Shown: piece after piece, positions 38,585 to 53,678 of the stretch
Layout: each line of letters opens with the position of its first letter
How positions within the stretch are numbered: the first letter of the stretch is position 1
Source: Adineta vaga
Taxonomy: Eukaryota > Animalia > Rotifera
Direction of reading: 5' to 3'
Assembly: GCA_021613535.1 (NCBI GenBank)
Contig: CP075496.1
Location: 1,798,001-1,862,000, forward strand
DNA length: 64,000 nt
Translations under genes and position numbers: made by a program
Notes under the pieces: generated by a model
Database searches by the model: none
Told to the model about the DNA's origin: nothing
Seen by the model: only the letters and a program-made list of their open reading frames with translations

Positions 38585-41500
38585 TTATTTTGATTTATTA
38601 TTATTATTATTAGTCATACTGCTTCCATTTTGTGCAGATAATGTTGTTGAACCTACCATTTCTGTTGCTTGTTGATAAGAGATAGTGTTATCTAATTGTT
38701 GTTGTTTGGAACTAAAAATAATAGGAAATTTTGCGAAGGTTATTTTGTTAAAGTTTATTTTTTATTAAGAAAGAAATAAAAATCGCAAAATGAAGACGTT
38801 TACTGCTTATATTGTATTGATTTCGTATAGAAATATCTATGTTAATGAAAAGGAAATCATTCATTAACAGTGGAAAGAAATCGAAGATCCAAGTATTTGA
38901 CGAGTTAATAACGTGTCATTCGAATTATTATGAACATACCTGTCAGTATTGATATATGGTGGATTTTCAGGACTATCCATTTGCATGTCTAGAAAAAGAA
39001 GGTGAATCAGATGGAATAAGTAAAATCGTGATCTATTTAATATCTTACCAGTTACTTGATTATATCGTTGATATTCAATTATTTCACGTTCTTTAAAATG
39101 TGCTTGAATTTCATTTTCACTCCAGCCACGTCGTGTTAATCGTTTGTGTTCTTTACTCCACATTTCATGACAATCTTGTGACATTGATAAACTAAAACGA
39201 GAATAGCAACTCAATAAAACTTTCAATTAAATGATTTGTTCACAAACGCGATGGGTTGAATGGATTCTTCTTGGATATCTTTGAGCCAATCGGAGAGAAG
39301 AGCATCACTAGCACTTATACGTTTTTCTGGATCTAATTCGAGCATTCGATCGAATAAATCCAATGCAGGTATGGGAAGACTAAATAATATGAAGAAATTT
39401 TTTGTGGCAGAAAAAAAAAGAATAAATCAAATTTTTACTATTGATAATCTTCACGTAATTTTCTTCGATAGGTTTTTTTTTGTTTCAATGTTGCAAAAAG
39501 TGGTAAATGAATAACATCTGGCCATACAGCTGGTGTGGGTGAACCACATAGACGTGAAATCATTTCTAATTGTTCATCTTCTCTTTGAGCTTGAAATAAC
39601 GGTCGACGTGTAAATAATTCTCCCAAAATACATCTATTTAAATCATAAATATTTCATTCTAAAATCAAATCTTTCATTTCATCTACATACCCACAACTCC
39701 AAATATCGATAGCTGGTCCATAACGTTCTTCACCGAGTAATAATTCTGGTGGTCGATACCATAATGTAATAACTTTATTTGTATATGGTCGATCTTTATC
39801 TTCAGCATTGTATAAACGTGCTAAGCCGAAATCAGCTAATTTGATTTTTCCATTATTATTTAATAAAATATTGGAACATTTGATATCACGATGTAAAAAT
39901 TTTCTTTGATGACAAAAAGCTAAACCAGACATAAGTTGGTAAATAAATGCTCGAATATGTTCAATATCAAGTTCAATTAAACCCGAATCTAATAGACCAA
40001 ATAAATCATGATCACAATATTCAAAAACTAAGTAGAACGATGTATCATTTTTAATATCAACAATATTTCGTGCATCCATGATAATTTCTTTTAAATTAAC
40101 AATATTTGGATGAGTTAATTGACGAAGTATTTGAATTTCACGTACGGCTGTAATTGGAAAGCCTTCTTTTTCATTTTCTAATCGAACTTTTTTCAATGCA
40201 CATAGATCACCTAAATCGAATCATTTCGAATTGAAAAGAAAAACAAATGAAATTCGACAAAGATTTTCTCAACATACCGGTTGCTTTTTCACGTGCTTTA
40301 AACACTTCACCATAAGTTCCTTCACCTATTTTCGTTAAAATTTCATAAACTTCAACAGTTCGTTCACCCCATTGATTTTTCACTGTATCCTCTCGACGTT
40401 GAAGAATTCTTCAAATCAAAAAAGAAAAACAATAACGATAGATAAAAAAAGTCTTTTGTTGTTTCATTCCGGAAAAGGCTTACATGGGTCGTCGAGTAGG
40501 TTTATCAGATGCATTTGGAGAAGTATGAGTTGGACTTGATGGTGAAAGAGAATCAGGTTTATAATCAGGTGGCATTGGTAATGATCGTGTTAAATGTGTT
40601 TGACCACTTGAGGGTGGTACATTGCTTGTTCGACGACGTGAATTACTATTGAGAAAAGAAACAGATTGAATTAAAGTTCAATTTATTGATTTTCATACAC
40701 GAAAAGACTTACTCGGAACGATTTGAAGTTTTATCATTCGAATTAGCATTTGTCTATTACAAAGAGTAATGAAAGTCATATCGAAATATTTCTTGTATTC
40801 TTACATCAATATCATTCTTTGAATCTTGTTCATTTGTTGATTGATTATTAGATGAATCGATTTTGTTTTTTTTCGATTTTGGCCGAATTTTATCAAGTTC
40901 TGATGCTAATGTTCCTTTTATTGAACGTTGATGATTATTTGTATCATTTTCATTCAATGATGAATGATCACTTGAACGTGTTGATGATGATGACGATCGT
41001 CGATGACATTTCGATCGTTTTCGATGAGACTGATAATGATGTGAAGGATAAATTGACATTGGATATGAAGATAATGGACTTGATCGACGATGTCGTTTCG
41101 GTGAATAATTACTGTTATCTACATGATGATGTTTTCGTTTTTTATGTTTCATATCGAAATTTGTATCATTTGAAGATGTTTCAATTGGAGGATCACGTGA
41201 ATGTGTGGGATGATAAGACTGTTGAGAAGAACGAGATGTTCGATTGCTTGTATCGTGTCTTGATCGATGAGAACTTCGACTAGATTAGAAAATAGGAAAA
41301 ACTTGTATATGATGGATTGAATTTTACCTATGTTGATTAGATTCATTATTAATATCACTTGAAGATGAACGACGTGTTCGAGATTTTCGTTCTGAAGAAC
41401 GACGTCGATGATGTTTATGTTTTTTCTTCGATGTTGACGAACGATGATGTTTGTCAGTTTTAATTGAAGTTGTTTCTGGTGACGAAGATTCGGATGAGAC

Positions 41501-41641
41501 AGATTCAAGTTGGGATTGATGATGATGATGATGATGAGAATAGGATGTATCACGTGAACTTGTTCGATGATTATTATTATGTGTATGATAATGAGAATTT
41601 GTTGAAGACGACATGAAACTTTTTGTTGAACAAATCGTCAT
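38585..41641 (-). CDS. CDK12: Cyclin-dependent kinase 12/13 (RS-rich N-terminus, PITAVRE kinase domain), multi-exon
   Basis: [75 protein letters not shown]. Confidence 0.94.
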
Positions 41642-42984
41642 ACGATATTTAAGGAAAGAGAAATATATATATATATAATCTATATATTAATCTATAGAAA
41701 GGGATTTTACGATAAAGAACAAATTTTGTTTTGATGAACGACAAACTTTTTTTCAGTTAAAACGAAGACTAATGAGAAAAAAAACGAGTCAATCATAGAT
41801 TACTAACGTGATAGAACATGACAAGAAAACAAATATCGAGATAGACATAGAAGTAAAAAACAACAGACGTATATGAATGATGTAGATGGAAGAGTTAGTC
41901 GATTTGAAAATTTTATTGGTTAAAGAAATTTATTTTGACCAATTGAAAAATTATTAGTTCGAATAGCCTTCGAGATTCGTTACATTTAACTTTCAATTTA
42001 CAGCGCTACAATCAATATCTTACTTTTTTAAACATATTCTTTCAAAATTATGTATCAATAAATCAATTCTATAGAATTTCACTTCTTATTATCATTTACA
42101 TATTCTTTTTCTATCGACACTTTATCAAACCAGATGACGCTAGTTCTTAGATATAACAAAATATTCTAGCAAACAACAGAGCATAGAAAATTTCACTATC
42201 AAATCTGTTACTTTCAGCTACTTGAAGATTTTTGTAGAATAAAATTATATAATATTCCTCTCTTGTCGAATGACGATACTAAAGGCAAAAGGTGAGGCTT
42301 CCGTTTAACGTATTACTCGTTAGTATCAGGGTTGAAAAAATAGATATTATTATTTGCTTTATGAGCCTGATTCCTGCATAACTGATACTGTCTAACGATA
42401 TACCTCACATACACACCAGCGAAAGGTAAATATACAGCATGTTTCGATAATCAAATCTCAAAAGAATTCATTTCATTCCATTGCATACAGCATTATTTAT
42501 ACAGATGATCTGCACAACCGTATGTTATTCTATTAAAATGTAACTATTTTAATATCAACATCTTAAGTTAACTAATGATTTCTGACTTTTAATGAACTGT
42601 TACAACAGCTAATAAATATTTATTTTGAAAATCTCAGGAAGACAAAAGAAAAATAAAATAATAAAACATCTAAATAGAATAAGGATGAAGTAAAATTTAT
42701 ATTGACTACAAGACACAAATTTCATAAGTAGAAAAGATACGAACAGCAATTAAATATATAGATTTGTTGTTGTTGTTTTCCTTTCATAGATGAATACAGT
42801 TGTGCATATAGTAAAACATTCTCGTTAAACTACAACACATCAAATAAAACTAGATGAATATCTGAACTGAAATATATGAATAATAAAACATAAAATCAGC
42901 ACCCGTTTAATTTTGTTTTCAAATATATGCAGATGCAAATTGTTTTGATCTTTTCGAATTCAACGAAAGACAATTGGTATTCGA

Positions 42985-45900
42985 CTAAATCGACTGTTCA
43001 TCATCTAAATTATGTTCTAAATTGACATTTTCTTCTTTTGCTTTTAATTGTATCGATTGATGAACGACCGTAGGTGTTGATAATTTACCACAACGACATA
43101 ATTTTCCAAATCTATTCAAATCATCAATGAACTTAATATAAATAATATTTTTCAAAACTTACGGTATATCACCAAATTGATCAATCGGTCCAATAAATGA
43201 AAGTAATGGAAGAAAGAACCATGTGGCAAATAACCAACTGATGAACATGATTAACATAAGAAAGAAACCCATTTGTGAAAACGATGTTAGTTTACTCGGC
43301 GCCATTGATAATCCAGCAAGAAACGAAGTAAAACCTGCGATGAAAACAGCAGAACCAACACGAGTCAAACTGTTCTTGATTCGACGAAAACGTTGTAAAC
43401 TTCCTTGATGATGTCGTTTTCTTAAACGTTGAAAAAATGTTTCCTTTGTTTTTGCTTGTTGATTACTTTCATCAGATAAATGAATATTTTTGGTTGACTG
43501 TTTGATATCTGCTTGATTTTTTTTCCAATCAGCTTTGATATAAGCTACACCGTAATGTACAGCTAAATCAAAATTAGTCATTGAAATTTCTTTTTTTTTG
43601 GAAAACCGAGATTTTTCTTACTAAAATCCACACTCAAGCCAACACTCATGATAATAATGATCGTTTCAAGAATATTCAATTCCCAACCACAAAGAACAAA
43701 TACTGCAACAGTATCAGCAATGATGAATGTGATGGTAGTCATTGCATAGAGTGTTATTAAAACATTTCCAGATGTGAATAGAAGCACAACAAGTGCAAAT
43801 AACATTGAGAAGATTAAGGATGTATATGTACCACGAATAACTTCACGCATAAGATCATAGAATAAAAATTGAGGAGAAACAAACCAACTAAATAAAGAGA
43901 AATTGATGTAAATTAAAGTCAATGTATTATCTTTTCTTACCCATGTTTAACTTGTTTATAAACATGTCCATTCGATCCTTCGGTTAATTTCAATTGTTCT
44001 AAACATTTTTCGAAATAAGTTTGTAATTTATTATAATAAGCATGTTGAACAGTAAATGAATTGAATGTTACATTCATATTAATTGTAAATAGAAATGCAC
44101 GAATTTGTCTTGTTTGTCGATCAGGTAAAAATCCAATACGAAAATTATCATTTCCACCTCCTGATTGGAATTGATTTGAACCTTTGAAAAGTTGAAAAAG
44201 ACGTTCCATAGCATAGACAGTTTGATTACGAGTTGATGGAACATAAAATTCTTTATCATCTAATGATAAAAATGTCTTTGTATCGGATCTAACAAATCCA
44301 TGCAATAATCGTCCTAAAATTCAAAATTTAGAATGAATCTCTTTTATATTTTTACATTACCGATGGTTAACCATTGTGAATATGTTTGTTGAACATTAAT
44401 AAACAGATCACTTCGATTCAAATCTTTTAGAAATGAATCAAACCATCGTAAAGTTTTTGGATCATAAAAATCAATATTATCATTATAGATTAAATTTTGT
44501 TTATTTTGATTAATTTTCGAATCTTCAGGATAAAATGGATGAACTAAATCCGTATCTTCAATTCCAAAAATGAATATCAATAATGGATTTGTTACATTAT
44601 CTTTATCTTCATTGATATAGGATAAGAATTGATCACGCATTTGATATTCAAATCGTTCGAATGGATGTGTTAATTGAAAGAATTGATAACGACGTGATTT
44701 TGGTGGAGATAATTTTGGATGATAAAAAACAATGATCAATCCAATAATACCAAAACAAAAGAAGATAAGAATGAATATATACCGAAGTTTAATAATTAAA
44801 CGTGGAATATAAACAGTAAATATGGCATGACTAAGTCGAGTTAATGTTGCTAAAGTTTTATCGAATATGGAAGGAAAATGATTGAATATTCCGAAACGTG
44901 CTGATAATGGTTCACATACTTTCTCATAAACAATGACAAATGAAACAATCATTGTAATACTCATTAGAAAATTGAATAAGATACAAAATCCCTACAGAAA
45001 CGAAAAGTATATTTCTAAAACTTTGAAATTTTGTCAAGAAAATTTACCATAAATAATCCAAATAATTGAACATAAGCAATTCGTGTAATCATATTCGTAA
45101 AAAATGCTGCTGATGTGGTAAAACTTGTAACAAATACACTAGCTGCTGCATGTCTTAATAATCCTCCCATCATTTGAATCATTTGTTCATCATTAACTTT
45201 CATCATTCGTATTAAATCTGGATTTTTAATTCGATCAAAATATTCTTCATTTTCTTCTTCTTCTTCATCTATTTCTTCATGTTTATCAGTTGAATTATTC
45301 GTTTCTTTCGTTAATAATTTCTTTCGTATAACAGACATTGTATAATCCCAATCTCGATGATATTGTTGTTCTTGTTCTCGTGTTAATTTACCATAGAATT
45401 CAATTTGTCGATTTTGTAAACGTGCTTCATTATAAATATCTAATTTTTCCGAATACCAAGCATCGAATATAACGAAAACATTATCACATGAGATACCAAT
45501 TAAAATAAATGTTGCCATGAGATTAATATAGGGAAATAAATCGATACCTAATGCAATTTTATATGCAAAATATGCACAAGCAAATGAAAGTACAACACAA
45601 AGATTTGTCATTAAAGCAACAGTTATTGATCGAAGATAAATTATTGTTACCTTGAAGAAAGAAAGTAAAGTGAGAATTATTTCAAATCATTTAGTATCGA
45701 ACTTACGCCGACTATTAAGGAAATTGCGAGAATAACAAAGAACATATCTGCTCGAATTTGTTTCATTGCTGTTGAGATTCGGATATCTAAGAAGTTTAAT
45801 GCAGATATTCGTGTCCAACCATCATCGAATTTGGGATTTCGATAAAAATGTCGAATGAATAGATCATATGCGGAATTTGCTGTATGAGTTTCACTACCAT

Positions 45901-47086
45901 TTAATAATTTCTTCGGTTTTTTAGGTTTTAAAAACCACATTGCACTAAAACGGGTTTGATTAGTAGATAAAAATGTTTTGTCTAATAAATATTCCAATGA
46001 TAGAAATGTAAAATTATATCGAAAACATGAATCATATTCAAATAATTCAATAGGTTTGCTTCGATAACGTTTCAAACCAGCTAAACGTATAAGACCAGCT
46101 TGATACAATGTATGACAACGTTGCATACGTGAAATAAAATTTGTTATATCATTTTGATTTAAATCAGAACAATTCAATTTATTGGAAAAGTATGAAATCA
46201 TTTGTGGTAATGTATAATGACATGTAGAATCTAATTGAAATACTTGTAAAAGATGATGTTGTTTTTTACATAATGAACGAAGATTATCAATTGTTAAAAG
46301 ATTTTCCGAAGATTTATTACTCGATTCAAAATAGACTTCATAATGACGATCTATGAAGAAAAAAAAGAAGAATTTTAAAGTTTGATAAGTTAAACAAAAG
46401 AATACGAACTTAAATCAATCGATGTACATATTTGTTCATGTGGTTTGTTAATTTGTTGTTCAATGACTTTACTAAATTTGATAAGATCACTTTGATTATT
46501 TAATAAACTATAAACTTGTTTATTAGTTAAACATTTGTCTTCCGTAGTTGTAGAAAAGGCACATGCGTTAGGAGCATTTCGAAGATCTTCAAGAAGACTA
46601 GACTCGGAAATACTATCATCATAATCTAGATCATCATCTTCATCTTGTTCGATAGTAGTTACAACTTCTGTTTTGTTCGTTAATTGTGCAGATGCGATTT
46701 GTTTATCAAGTTCTTTTTTAACTCGTTCCAGAACAAATAAACGAGATGTTAACGTATTTTTACCTCGTGGAACAAAACCCTACGAAAGAAAAACAACGTT
46801 GTTTTTTTTTCTTTGTTCTCTCTAATTCATATTTTACCTTAGTTGGATCATTGAAATCAGGTAAATCACCTCCAAGTACAGCTGATAAACCCAAAGCAAT
46901 ACAAATGACTAATCCAAGTAATAAAAAACACCAAGAATATTTAACAACTAATGTTGAATACCTAAGAAAAACAATGAATAGTCGATTCTAATCAATGACT
47001 ACTCACAATCGAATGAATTTGTCCGTATGAAATTCTATACGGATACTCATCGCATCTTCACAATCCATATACTTCATGTCAAACAT
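42985..47086 (-). CDS. DISP: Dispatched-family RND/sterol-sensing-domain transporter, multi-exon
   Basis: LPDFNDP, FPYINLMATFILIGISCDN, HAAASVFVTSFTTSAAF, HPFERFE, GWELNILE..MSVGLSVDF|AVHYG, RVGSAV, FFLPLL..GP. Confidence 0.9.
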
Positions 47087-48655
47087 TCAAATCTGAATAC
47101 GTTTTTTCTTTATCACAAGTTTTGTACAATGTACTCTCATGTTGTGACTATAACCTTCATGATCGACTGCTTCGATTTTTATACATTAAACAAGTAAGTG
47201 CTGAGAGGAGAACATACAGGTAAAGAACATGTCAGGTAATTATGTAATGTAATAGATCTTATATTCAATTGATAAGAGTACATTATTAGTTTGTTTCTAT
47301 TGTACAAACTCTTTTAAATTAGTTCAAACTTTTTCAGTTAGATCAAGACTGCATGATTATTTTCTACTAGATGAACTATCGTCATATGCATTCGTATTTA
47401 TTACTAAACCATTGAAGAAAAAAAACAAGTAATAATCTTACTTTTTATTCAAATAAGTTTCCGCTTCATGCATGTTGACATTTGATTAACGTGATGGAAC
47501 CATAATTAGATTTAACGGAACGGCACAGTAAATAGAGAAAGAAAAAAAGAAACTTGATGCAAAACAAAACTTTCAGAGCTACAATAATAGATCTAAAATA
47601 GGCGGAGAAAAAACAGCGGTTAAAAATATAAAATATAATCGATAACTTGAATTAATAATTAGTTCTACACATTTCAATTTATGAATAATAATAATAGATA
47701 AATGTCTAAAAGTAGAATACTTATTTATTATCTATGTAGGTCAAAGAGAATAACTATTCGAACATTTTTTTTACGACGTTCGAGGAAAAGATTCTTTTTC
47801 TCTTAGTCAACAGATTCAAGTTCAGTAGGAATAACTACGAAAAAAAATAGAAACAACAGAACGAGAGAAGGAAAAATAAGTCCGACGAAAGACGATTTTC
47901 AGAAAGAGAGTAAAAGAACTCATACTCGAACGGAAAAAATAAGTTCTGACAGGAAAATGATTGATTCGAGTCATAATGATTACCTTTTTCTTCTAATAGA
48001 ACAAATGAAACAGGAAGAAAAAGAAACGCCACATGATCTATCAACTGAATAAATAGAAATCTTTTCCTTTCTAATCGATTAGAATAATTTCAGATTATTT
48101 TCAATGTAAATAAGTCTTACAGAAATAGTTTCACTCATTCATTCATCTATCTTTTCTTCAGCATATTGACAGATAGAGTCGAAGAAAAACATTGGAATAC
48201 AAACAACATCATTATGGAAAAGATTGTTATCTTATCTGTTGATTATTGACTTTGATCCAACCATTTATTTTCGAAAAAAAATATATTAATAACTTATAGT
48301 AGAACATCAATCATTGACAGACTTTTGACATTTTCACGAATAATATCAAGATCGACAGCTATCCAATGTGCAATTAAAGTTTACAGAAAAAAAAAACTAT
48401 TAGTACAGATGTCGCTCATATCCTATGAATTCTTCTCCTTCGAACATTGTGTTTATTTATTTTGCTGAAATAAGTAAGTTTTTTTTAAACACTATCGAAT
48501 GTTTTCCTTGTCTCTAAAAAATTAATTACGATATTTCTTATTATGGATACGTAAATATCTCGCATTAATCGGAAAGTTGTTATTATAACCAAGAAAAAAA
48601 TAACATTGAATAAAAACCGGAAAAAAATAGAATTATAAAAAAAAAAGAAAACTGT

Positions 48656-51600
48656 TTATCGTTCCAATAGATGTACAAGTTCCATCATTTCTTGTGCTAA
48701 ATTTGATAAACTTAAATTTGTCTGAGGTAAATAACATCCTATTCTTGTTAACATTGCTTCAATTGCTTCTAACGAACATGAATGAACTTTATAATCGACT
48801 GAACTTGACAACGATGCCATCCATGTCTTCAATGTCGATGATATTTTAGCTCGAATTTCCAAAGCTTTCAAAGACATTTTACTTGTCGTTAAATCACTAT
48901 TATTATCATCAACGAAATAATTTAATCTTAAACCAGCAATAGTAAGTAATTGAAAAGCAAGTGCTTGTCTATCATGTATACGATTTTCTTCATGTATTGC
49001 TAAATTATCATAATTATAAGCATATAAAAGTGAAATATAATGTCGACGAATATATTCATGATCAACGAGCATATCTGTTGATAAACGTAGAATATTTTCA
49101 AAGATTTTCTCATCGAATGATTTCATATTATCATGTTGTTCAAAGATTGTATTTAATAAACGTTCGAAAAATAATTGTCGTTTATTCGAAATTGTTCCAT
49201 CGACATCATCAGTCACCAATGGATGAGAATAAAGATCAGTAAAAAATGCATGTATACCTTTAGTATCAAAGAGAGAATAGGGTCGAATTGATTTGATATG
49301 ATAATACATTAGATAATATAAGATTAAGATTAATTTATCATGATGTAAAACTAAATGACCATTCGCAGGTTTTTGTTCCATAACAATGTCAAGTAATGAA
49401 TTTTGTTGATCATTCTGTTCCAATGCTAAAGAAGTTGTATAAAGATTAACGAATGGTGAGATTGGTTCAACTGAAAAACGAAAAAAAAAGACGTTCAAAT
49501 CACAATGACATTTGAGTTTACCTAATTGATCGGAGAAGATTGTATTTGTATCTATTTGCCAGACATCATCGATATTAAAGATAGGTATTTCATTCAATTG
49601 ATTATAAATCGATTCAATAAAAGTATTGAAGAAATCTTTGGATAATTTTTCTAAGAAATTTATTAAATCTTTTTCACTTAATCGTAGTTCTTTATAACAT
49701 AAACGATCTTTAGGAATTTTACCAATTTTTTCAATTAATTGTGTTAATGTTACTATTCGAGAACGTAGATATGTATGCCATAAAAGTGAACCAAGATTTT
49801 GTTTGATAATTCCAATTTGAATTTGATTATAAAACGTTAATGATTGATAAAAAAGATCATTGATCGTTCGATTTGTTAATGTTAATGTCGAATTTGCTGC
49901 AGATAGTAATTGTTTATTCCACATTGTCATCGAAATCCAACATGAATAAATCAAAAGAACAGTTGGTTCAAATGTATGTGGAAGAATTTGTCGACAAATG
50001 GATAAATTCGCTAGAAAAAGAAAATAGATGAAAATATCAAGTTTCTGGTATTTTGTTTCTTACTTTGAAATGAATTTTCATTTGTTGAATTGATTGATAA
50101 CCATGTTGGTGAAATATTTGCATCGATAATTTGACGAGTGAGAAGTTCAAGGAGATAATCATGTCGATGTTTGATAAAAATTGTTTCGACTGTCAATTCA
50201 TTGATTGTTGTATCATAAGACTGATTTTGTTCATCATGAATTTTCATTGATGAATAGAAATTTTGTATTGCAACTAATGCGGATAGACGACGAATTAACA
50301 ATGAAGAATAAAAGTCTTTATCATAGATTCGAAAGATTAATGATAATAGAAGAGCTGTTAAAGCATTAGTACTTTTTTCTAATGTTATTTTTAATAAATT
50401 TTTATTATTATTCATTGAATAAAGAATTGAAAAGATTTGTTTCCATGTTTGAATTGATCTTGGAAGATTTAATGGGATAGAAAGTAATGAATGGAAACAA
50501 AGTAAGACGAGATCATCATTTTTTAAATGAAGTAATCGTAAATAAGTACGAAATTTCTCTTGAAAATCTTCATTATCATTGTACCATAACCATGAAGAGA
50601 ATAGATATGAACCAAGAAGTGAAAAATCTTCAGAATTAATTGTTAATTTTATTTCAAGTTGATCATTAATTGAATGAGAATGACGAGATGAAATAAACAT
50701 CGATTGAAATTGACCAAAACTAAAATTTGTATTGAATATATTTTCATTATCATCAACGATAAAATGAACTTTTTTCTTCGAATTATTCATTCGTTTTTGA
50801 AATTCTTGTTCGAATAAACGATAATATAACGTTGTTTCATCATCATTTAATTCCAATTCATTTTGAAATTCCTTGAAGAAAACAAAAAAACAAAAAAATA
50901 GAAATCTTCTTTTCATTATGTTTTTACTTCTTTAGAAAACAATTTTTCGTTGATAGATATGGATAATTGATGATCCGTTCGATATTGTTCAATAACCGTG
51001 TAAATATTCAGAAGAGTCAAAGCATTATTACAAAATTCTTGTAAATGAGTTGAATCTTGTGGATTATGATGATGTGAATTTTTCTCTGAATCAATTTGAA
51101 TTTCATTGATAAACATACGAATAGTATTTAAATCGAGATAATCAGCATGAAATACAAGATCGAGAATTTCCGATTGACATTCAAGTGATATTAAACGTTT
51201 TAATTGTTGAAGAATGTCAGTTTTTAATGATTCATTATCATCATTTGATTCTTTTAGAAGACGACGTACTTGACGTACTATCATTATATCATGTGCACGT
51301 TGATTATTTCGATCACTAAATAGAATAAAAAGTATATTCTCTTCTCAATGATCGATCGTTAATTGAATATGAAACCTTAGGATAAGATGAAAAGGAATTT
51401 GAAATGTTTTAATTTCTCCATTTTCTTCGAGTAATATACATTGTTTATATTGTGATAATTTCGAAGAATTTGAACCACTACTTGACCATCCGAGTGTATA
51501 ATGTTCAAGATTAATTAAATGACTATTTTTCGATACATTAAATGCAGCAACACGTGCACCTTGTTGACAACCCCAGATCTAAATATTTAATATGAAATTT

Positions 51601-53678
51601 TCATCCATTTGTTTTGAATATATAATTCTTACTTCAACTAATTGCCGTTTTGGTGCATGAATAACAAGAAAAAGAGCTGATTTTTTCGATGATAAACTCA
51701 TCGATGCATCACGTATCGTTGATTCTTCAATTTGAATAAAACCAATTTCAGCTTCTCGATAACCTTTGAAAATTCGAATAGCAATGCCACGATGAATATC
51801 ATAGACAATGATTCGACCAAAACTATCACAAACAGCAGCTATATGAAGACCAGGTGAGACAATAATCTTTTCTCCATGTCGACGTAAATCTCGAATACTA
51901 AATCTAAATTAATATTTGGTTAATTTTGTTGTAAGAACAAAAAAAAGAAAACGAATTGAAAAAACTTTTCAAAATACTAACCTACTCTCAAGTTTCGTTT
52001 CCGATTCGATCTTAGGTTTACGCATTTCTGCACTTGTTGGCGTTTGTTTTACAGGCATCCATCGACTATGAAAGAAAATTTGCTAACATTTTATTCATAG
52101 AGAATACGAACATACCTAACAGCAGACATAAATGATGTTTTAACTTTATCAGCTAATGCAAATGCGACTTCATTCAAATGAAATACTTGTGCACCCTAGA
52201 AACACACGAAATTAATAATGAATAAGCAAAAATATTAACCTACTTCTGCACAATAATAAAAATTACAATATGGATCTGCACCAATAGTAATCAAACGAGT
52301 GAATAGAGGTGGTACAGAACGAATCTGAATAATACAAATAGTACTTTAATCTAGCAAGAAGGAAGTCTTAGTATACCTGAGCTTGATAACCACCCGTCAT
52401 GGAAGCAACACAGAATTGATCGAAACGATTATCTGTAATTAATCCTATTAAGATATTCGAGTGTAATAGAAACATGAACATATATCTTCAGATTATTAAT
52501 TACCTGCAGAAGCAAAATCAAACATTTGAGTTTGATCAGGAAAGCCCCATTTTTTAAATGATAATTGTGGTGATGATGAAGATAACATATTCGCTAAAGG
52601 AAACATCATTTACAAAGAAAATTGAACATCGATATCTTACTTGATTTTAATGCATGATCTCGACAAACTTTCAATAATTGATACAAGGATAAACCATCAA
52701 TGACAACAAGAATTGATGAACGATATTGAATATATAATTCATCCGGCTAAAATTCATAAAATAGATTCGAAAATATCTGAATAGAAAACTGTACTTGTTC
52801 TATTAAACTTCGAATATGTGAAGGAAATTGTGTATGACATTTCAATTGAACTACAGATTCATCATGAAATATTTGTGAAAATAATAATATTCCATCCTAA
52901 GAATAAATATATTATTGAAATGATTTTCATAGAATTTTTCCTTTCGTTTCGTTTACTTCAGTATACATTCGAACATAACCAGAAGTAAAACCAACAATGA
53001 TACATGTCCATTCTGGTGATGATCTAAATAATAAAATCTATTTGGATTCTATTCTTTGTTCGCAATTGTTCTACCTTTTTGTACTCGAAGCAATAGGTAA
53101 ACAAAGAACACTAGTAATTCTTTCACTGAAACGAAATTTTTTGTATTAAAAAATGGTGAAATGTTTTGGTGATTATTATTACTTCGATTCAACTTGTAAT
53201 TTTGTATCAAAAGATGCCGTAAAATTTGATTGTTCTTGACTTGATCCTTTATTTTTTGCTAATCGATTAGAAAAGAAAAACGAAAGATTTAGGGTTCGAG
53301 ACGTCTGATCAACTAACCTGTCGAAACAACAATCTGTTGATCAAAAGCAGTAACAAGAAAATTCAATGTAGGAGAAAATGCTATTTTACATTCACGTAAC
53401 CATTGATTACGTCCACTCAATGTTTTCTTCTTTTTCTTTCCATATGACGATAGAAGTGCAGCTGTTCGAGCGACACTTTCCGATGCTAAATAAACATACG
53501 ATTAGAGAATCTTATTGATGATGAAGAGAGATCTTATCTCACTTGGTAAATCATCATCTTCGGTATCAGTTGTTTGATCATTAGGATCATTTAGAGAATC
53601 AAGTAGATGAGGAAGAAGAACTGCTCGAATTCGTGATAAATCATCGATGGTTGATATCGTATTCAAAGAACAAGCCAT
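48656..53678 (-). CDS. RAB3GAP2: Rab3 GTPase-activating protein non-catalytic subunit, multi-exon
   Basis: [83 protein letters not shown]|[15 protein letters not shown]. Confidence 0.92.
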
